Both the position numbers and the translations under genes were made by a program. A DNA stretch of 64,000 bases from Scleropages formosus (taxonomy: Eukaryota): positions 31,928,960-31,992,959 of the forward strand of contig NC_041813.1 in the NCBI RefSeq assembly GCF_900964775.1, written 5' to 3'. Of the stretch, positions 58,476 to 64,000 are shown one piece after another. Every line of letters starts with the position of its first letter. The stretch's first letter is position 1. The notes beneath the pieces were generated by a model. That model searched no databases, was not told where the DNA came from, and saw only the letters and a program-made list of their open reading frames with translations.

Positions 58476-59350
58476 GGCGGCGCGAGAGGGACCCCCCGGG
58501 GTGCGCTAGCTGCACATACAGGGCGGCCTGTGGGCCCAGCACGTCCCCCGCCGTCTCGCTCCTCGCCGATCACTCGTCTCGCATTAAAAACACATGCTCA
58601 TTACACGGTAGCACAGGAGTAAAAGCGAGGGAAACGGACAGTCAGCAGCTCCTTCGTGCTCTTCTTTCATTATTAAGGCCGCGAGAAGAGCGCGCACCCC
58701 CCGCACACACGTTTATGTCCTTCTTTCATGTTGCCGCGGCTCGAGCCGAGACACAAACAGCGGGCGGCGACACTCGAGTCGAGTGTCAGTGACTCCGCCG
58801 GCGCTCAGTTAGCTTAGCAGCAACACAGTACGGAGCCGTGCAGTCGGCCGCCCTGCTGCAGTGCACAAAGCCGCAGAACTGCGCGAGAGCTGTCCGCCGC
58901 CGATGCTGCCGCGACAAGAACGTCGCCTGCTTTATTCGGCTCGATCTGTATTTGGCCGCAGGGCCCAGCGCGGCTCTCGGAGCCTCGGTCTCTCCTTGTG
59001 TGGCGGCCCCGGCTAAAGCGCTCCCCTCCGGCCGCCACCCGTCACTCCGCCTGGGGCGCGCGGCTGCGAAGATGACATCTTTCTTTTTTTTTTTTTTTCC
59101 CTATCTCTCTCTCTCGCTCCCTCCCTCCCTTTTTTTGCTTTTCTTTTTTTATCGCTTCTTCTCTCCCCCCTCGGTGTCTCCCCGGCCGCGATGGCCCCCG
59201 TCTTTTTAAAGGCGAGTATCTTCTCGGCGCACCCCTTCCCGCTTAAAGGGAACGCGTGTCTTCAGCCCTCCTCCTTAAAGGGAAAGCGCCCCCTTTGGGC
59301 CTCTTTTCCCCACGAGGCCCCGCCCCTTTTCCACTGTCATTTTGTCCGAC
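58476..59350. promoter_or_regulatory. maz promoter / 5'UTR CpG island with a T-tract and CT-rich element (59085-59170)
   Basis: GC-rich sequence upstream of the maz ATG on the minus strand. A (CA)(GA)n repeat at 58274-58310 lies inside intron 1. Confidence 0.35.
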
Positions 59351-59997
59351 GGAAATTTTCGAAATGGAGCAGCGCATGAGCTGGAGAAACAAACCATTTC
59401 TTTTCTCCTTGTCACGCACCGTAACATATGCCGTTTTTCTGTTTTACTCATTAAACCTGAGCTACATTATCGCCCCCCTGTGAAGAAGAAATGGAGCATC
59501 CTGTATGAAGACCTCGGAACAGGTGACATGATTGTCACAGGGTTCCGCAGCGCCAGCGGCCGCGCGCTAAAGAGAAAGAGGCGAACAGTGGAAACACGTG
59601 GACACCGTTTATTTCAACTGCAGGGGGTACAGAAAGAAACAGACATCATGTATACAACAGGCACTGCAAACACTCAGCACACGTGCAAGTCACCTTCGCA
59701 CCAGTGCCGATATTAATGTAAGAGCAGAAGTTGGACTGCAGGGTACAGCAGGGTACAGCAGGGTACAGCGGAGCGCAGCCCCATCTGACCATCAAGAGAA
59801 GACTGCCGGAGAAAACTTGACACGGGCCTCAATGGCACCTTTGCTGCAGGATGAAAGCAACGCCATGGACTGTCCTGCTCCCGCTGAAATGTGTTTCAGG
59901 GAAAGAAACTGAACCAAACACCACAGCATCACGACCCTGTGCATTAAGGACGTGTGCTGCAGGAAAATCAAACAAGGGCAGCAATGCAACAGGTGCA

Positions 59998-60000
<3 letters not shown>

Positions 60001-60030
<30 letters not shown>
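60001..60030. repeat. (GT)n microsatellite, about 15 units
   Basis: Perfect run. Confidence 0.9.
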
Positions 60031-60032
<2 letters not shown>

Positions 60033-60515
60033 TAGAGAGATCCTGAAATAAGAATTCATGTTTCACAAGAAACATCTCAGAACATCACACTACTATGAAG
60101 AAATATGAGCATACATATGTATACACTGTACAAGCTAATATATACCTATCCTCTGTTGAAAACTCATTTAAATAAATACAAACATGATAAAATTGACTGT
60201 ACTTATAGCCAAGACAAAAATATACAAATTCACACACATCTCGCTGACATTTGTTCCTCTTTTCCGGAAAGACCCCCGGGCATTTACTCTGCACCCCCCA
60301 CCTGTACATGGACTGATCAACAGCTGCTTGTGCACCCATTCAATTCCCCCCGCTTTCTCCCTGTCCATGAGCTCCACATCTAGATAAGTGTAATATACAG
60401 CCTGACAGCTACTCACTCACTCACTCACTCTCTCTCACACACACACACCCACCCACCCTTTTTCTTGCTGTCTGAGAAAACCACAGGTAAACAGGTTATA
60501 GACTCTCTCACTAAC

Positions 60516-60661
60516 TCACTCACTCTTCCCCCTCTGCTTCTCCCTGTCTGCGAGATCCACAGCTGCCATGTTGTTGGCAGCAGTGACCAGGTGAAGAACG
60601 CTGATCCCAGACTTGAGCACGCAGACCACCCCGCAGACTCCCAGCAGGCACTGCAGCAGGA
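60516..60661 (-). CDS. cdipt: cdipt exon 6 ((L)LLQCLLGVCGVVCVLKSGISVLHLVTAANNMAAVDLADREKQRGKSE*), stop 60516-60518
   Basis: ORF 60516..60800. Acceptor gccgcag|TC. Matches human ...ALLKSLISVIHLITAARNMAALDAADRAKKK*. An alternative donor GAAGA|gtgagtgag lies 8 nt before the stop. Confidence 0.7.
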
Positions 60662-60804
60662 CTGCGGCATCCAGGACATTGTGTTTCAATATGAAGTGGA
60701 GAACGAGAGAGGAGGGAGGGACAAATAAGAACGGAGCGGGGCGTGCGGGGTTACAGACGCACAACGAGCACAGAAGCGTCGGGAACGCGGAGGAAAACAC
60801 TCAC

Positions 60805-60886
60805 GGTGCGGCTCCTCGACGAAGTGCAGCATGTAGAGGAGGCAGAAGAAGAGCTCGTTGCCCATGCACATGAAGAAGAGCACCGG
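60805..60886 (-). CDS. cdipt: cdipt exon 5 (PVLFFMCMGNELFFCLLYMLHFVEEPH)
   Basis: ORF 60686..60883. Acceptor ccccag|CCG and donor CACC|gtgagt. Matches human LCAGNELFYCLLYLFHFSEGP. Confidence 0.75.
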
Positions 60887-61003
60887 CTGGGGCAGCAGGA
60901 GACATCAGTGAGCACTGTGGCGATGACCACAGGGTCGCAGCCCTCGCTCTCACATCCCCGAGTGACCTCAGGCTCAGTGTGTATGTGCGTGTGCCACACG
61001 TAC

Positions 61004-61085
61004 CCGAGAGGTGTAGTACAGCCGCAGGATGGGGTTTCCCGAAAGGTCGATGGTCTTGTGACTGGACGCTCCCTTCATCATGGAG
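61004..61085 (-). CDS. cdipt: cdipt exon 4 ((S)SMMKGASSHKTIDLSGNPILRLYYTSR)
   Basis: ORF 60974..61174. Acceptor ctctcag|C and donor CGG|gtacgt. Matches human SVVRGSESHKMIDLSGNPVLRIYYTSR. Confidence 0.8.
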
Positions 61086-61195
61086 CTGAGAGGGAGCAGG
61101 ACAGACACGAGCCGCGGCCCCTGACACAAGAGTGTGGCCCAGCGCTGAGAGCGCAGCACGACCCCCACCGCCACCCCCCACCCCTACCTACCTAC

Positions 61196-61349
61196 CTGTG
61201 CAGGTGCAGCCAGTGGCTGGCGATGTCTAGGCTCATGCTGAGCTGGAAGAAGAACACGTACGAGGGGTAGAGCAGCGCCAGGTTCACCAGCAGGCACATG
61301 GTGGCGCAGCGGTCAGTCAGCATGTCCAGCATGGCTCCGAACTTGGTCC
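61196..61349 (-). CDS. cdipt: cdipt exon 3 ((G)TKFGAMLDMLTDRCATMCLLVNLALLYPSYVFFFQLSMSLDIASHWLHLH(S))
   Basis: Acceptor ccacag|GG and donor CACAG|gtaggt. The low end is anchored to the antisense ORF 60743..61270. Near-identical to human GTRFGAMLDMLTDRCSTMCLLVNLALLYP...QISMSLDVASHWLHLHS. The high-end coordinate is +/-1. Confidence 0.75.
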
Positions 61350-61643
61350 CTGTGGCATCGGGGGAACGGACGAACGTACGCTTTTGTTGCTATTACTACT
61401 AGTTAGGGTTATTACTCACATTTACTTGCATATCATTCATACTTACTGTACCTTTGCCCAAAGCCTCTTACAGTTACTGCCCCATTTTCCAGAGGCCCGG
61501 GGCCCTGACTTTGACTGCAGCCACTGAGGAGTAAGTACAGGAGGAGCAGGTACCCCGCTACTGCAGAGTTTCCACACCTGGAGGTGGGACTCGAACCTGC
61601 GACCGTTGACTCCAAACGCAGTGAAGCTGACTGTAAGCGTTAC

Positions 61644-61778
61644 CTTGGTTGAGCGCGCGGGCCGCGTGTCCGTCGAAGGCGTCCAGGAGCGCGCTGAGCA
61701 GGTAGAGCAGCAGGGCGGCCGCGGGGCAGCAGGGCATCAGGTAGAAGGCGAGCAGCGCCAGGACGATGCGGCTGTAGC
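61644..61778 (-). CDS. cdipt: cdipt exon 2 ((G)YSRIVLALLAFYLMPCCPAAALLLYLLSALLDAFDGHAARALNQ(G))
   Basis: Acceptor ccccag|GC and donor CAAG|gtaacg, anchored to the antisense ORF 61606..61842. Matches human GYARIVFAIISFYFMPCCPLTASSFYLLSGLLDAFDGHAARALNQG. Confidence 0.8.
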
Positions 61779-61866
61779 CTGGGGGCGGTGGGAAGCGCAG
61801 CAGCTCATCATTGTCCGCGTAGTCACGTCGCGGAGCTCGTGAACGGCCGCCCTAACTCGTACTCAC

Positions 61867-61909
61867 CGATCAGATTGGGAACAAACAGGAAAATGTTCTC
61901 CTCCGCCAT
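61867..61909 (-). CDS. cdipt: cdipt exon 1 (MAEENIFLFVPNLI(G))
   Basis: ORF 61823..62029. ATG at 61909 and donor ATCG|gtgagt. Matches human MPDENIFLFVPNLIG. The six exons sum to 642 nt (213 aa), the same length as human CDIPT. Confidence 0.85.
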
Positions 61910-62160
61910 GATAGCAGCACGCGAAGCTCCGTCCGCTTTCCGGTCGTCTCCGCTCTTGCTCCCCTTCGCGCGCTCCCCCTTCCGCCTCAGCCGAAAGGTC
62001 CACGCACTTCCGCTCGCGCGATGACGCAAGCGACCCTCCCCTTTAATTATGCCGACAGGTAGCGGGCGGGCGGGTCTCCATTTTGACGCGCTGAGGAACG
62101 AGCGGCCGCTGTTCGTCGCAGCCCCTTCGAGACCCGGTTACTTGTTTTTTTGTTTTGGAA
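61910..62160. promoter_or_regulatory. cdipt proximal promoter / 5'UTR (GC-rich)
   Basis: GC-rich sequence immediately 5' of the cdipt ATG on the minus strand. Confidence 0.35.
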
Positions 62161-63010
62161 TGCAAAAGTAAGAAGGAATTGTGTTTTAAACGGGTAAAAG
62201 AACAGCGGTGGCAGTAGGACTTGGGACACGCGGCTCTCTCTCACACTGGCCAGCAACAGCCGCGTGTCCATCAATGAATTATGTTCCATTTCAGCATGAT
62301 GTTTTCCTATTAATAATGCACTTACTTTCTACTCTGCTCCCTTGGTAAGGCGTACATTCCTGCTTCGTCATAAGCACAGTGAACCTGTGGGTTTACTCCA
62401 GTTTCCTTCCCTGCCACCAGTGTGAATAAACACTAAACACACGTCTGTTCACTTTTTTTAATTTGTTAATTATGCTTCTGTACAATGAACTCCATGTGGA
62501 GCCCTCTCCTCAATCCTGAGGCCAAACAGCCTGGCTTCCCGCTTTCTGCACGGCCCCCTTCCCAGCGGTCCCGTCGGGCTGCCCTCTTTGTTGAACAAGT
62601 ACGGACAGCTTCGGCCCCACGGCAGGCCCGCTCCCGCAGAGCTCCAGTGCCCATGCTTCGCTGGGACTGGTGCAAGGCTCTCCTCCGTCTCCGTCCCCAG
62701 GTCCACAGCACTCCCAACTTGAGCACGTTTAAATTTACTCCAGTCCGCAGGACTTGCGCCAGCAGCTTCGAAGACCTGGATCAAGGACCGCGGGTTCCCA
62801 GCTTGGACGGTTGAGGCCGGGGACCGGAGCACAGAGACAAGGTCCTCCTTTCAACTGCTCACAAAACAAAAATCTCAACTTGTTCAGAATTCCCCAATCC
62901 CCTTTATTTTAGCGTTAAACAAAAATGCCATTACATGTAGGAGAATGAGAAAATACGACTCAAAACTTGCCCAATTGTAGGTGTGCCACTGAGGATACTG
63001 TACTGTACTC

Positions 63011-63015
63011 TATAA

Positions 63016-63086
<71 letters not shown>
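63011..63086. repeat. Compound (TA)n(TG)n(TA)n(CA)n microsatellite
   Basis: atatatatatgtgtgtgtgtgtgtgtgtatatatatatatacacacacacacacacacacacaca. Confidence 0.9.
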
Positions 63087-63088
<2 letters not shown>

Positions 63089-64000
63089 GCTAAGATTCAA
63101 ACTGTCCTGTACACAATTAATACTTTCTCTAATATACTACAGCCCTGAACATTCACTGCCCATAGACTCCTACCTTAGGGCTTCATGGGGAATTCTGGGT
63201 TAGGTAGTCCTATTTAAAAAAAAAAAATAATAATAATAATTACAGTATTATAATTATTATTATTTCAGAAGTCTCTGTCACAGTAACATTTCTCAAACTC
63301 CCCACCTAGTGGTCAGTATCGGCAAAAACTTTAAAAAAAGAAACGGTAAAAATAACAATTAGTGCACAAAGGTTTCAACAACTGCAGTAGTAGTAATAAT
63401 AATAATAGTAATACTTAATGAAAAACTTCCAACTTGGCTTTTCTCAATACTATTATCAACATATCAAAATTATTATTATTATTATTATTACTGTATAAAA
63501 GTGTTTACAGTTAGTGCCTTATATACACATATTTAAGTACAATATAGATCAAAAGTGTGGGACAGTGAACAATCTTTCCTGTCAATAAACCTTTGACTAA
63601 CAAGTATTATTTATATTTTATATATATATATAAATGTACTGTTACGTATACAAATGCTGTCTGTACATTAATTCCATGCACTGAAAGGTAACAATGTAAC
63701 TGCCATACACGCACCGTATTTACATACTCAGTATGCCTGTTATGGAATGCAGGAAGCGATCCTTTCCATATTCACACACACGCACGACTTCTGTCCTGTC
63801 AGAACACCAGATCGTGTGTGTGCGCGCGCGAGCAGAAACGGAATAGATCACCTTGCAGGCAGTCTAGTATTGTAACACCAGTAAGTAACACAGGCCATTT
63901 TTTGTCGGCCCGTATAAATTAGCGCCATGGTATCCCTTTAAGTGGTCTTAAAGGCAGTGGGGCCGATTGCAGTAGACGTCCTGGGCCACTGGATGGCAGT

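Overview
This is not prokaryotic DNA. It is a gene-dense vertebrate window, almost certainly teleost fish, judging by GT-AG introns, CpG islands, (CA)n/(GA)n microsatellites and tRNA-derived SINEs. It contains nine recognisable protein-coding genes, most of them orthologues of the human 16p11.2 block. Left to right: the 3' end of nfatc2ip (+, 119-639); two tandem trypsin-like serine-protease homologues on the minus strand that both carry substitutions at all three catalytic positions; kif22 (-, 18359-24558, 11 exons mapped); pagr1 (+, 25843-27487, 4 exons), sharing a 1.3-kb head-to-head promoter with kif22; mvp / major vault protein (-, 28479-33548, 16 coding exons, 887 aa); tlcd3b/fam57b (-, 39210-43786, 6 exons, 298 aa); a Nemo-like kinase paralogue nlk (-, 50252-53815, 10 exons mapped, last exon unresolved); maz (-, 56291-58475, 7 exons, 458 aa); and cdipt (-, 60516-61909, 6 exons, 213 aa). 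Paralogue A of the protease pair (9219-11689, 5 exons) has a long mucin-like Ser/Thr/Pro plus Pro/His-rich C-terminal tail encoded by a coding minisatellite. Paralogue B (7165-8190) is degenerate. Two tRNA-derived SINE families (five copies each), two non-LTR retrotransposon ORF2 fragments, many microsatellites and several CpG-island promoters fill the remainder. The ORF track uses TTG/GTG alternative starts and prokaryote-style calling, so most listed ORFs are exon fragments, antisense frames or composition artefacts. I placed exon boundaries by anchoring GT-AG splice sites to the ORF-track coordinates and checking that reading-frame phase is preserved across each gene. There is no CRISPR array, rRNA or operon-like structure. 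My top candidate for the novel system in this window is the tandem pair of triad-substituted serine-protease homologues, one carrying a mucin tail, sitting next to nfatc2ip.
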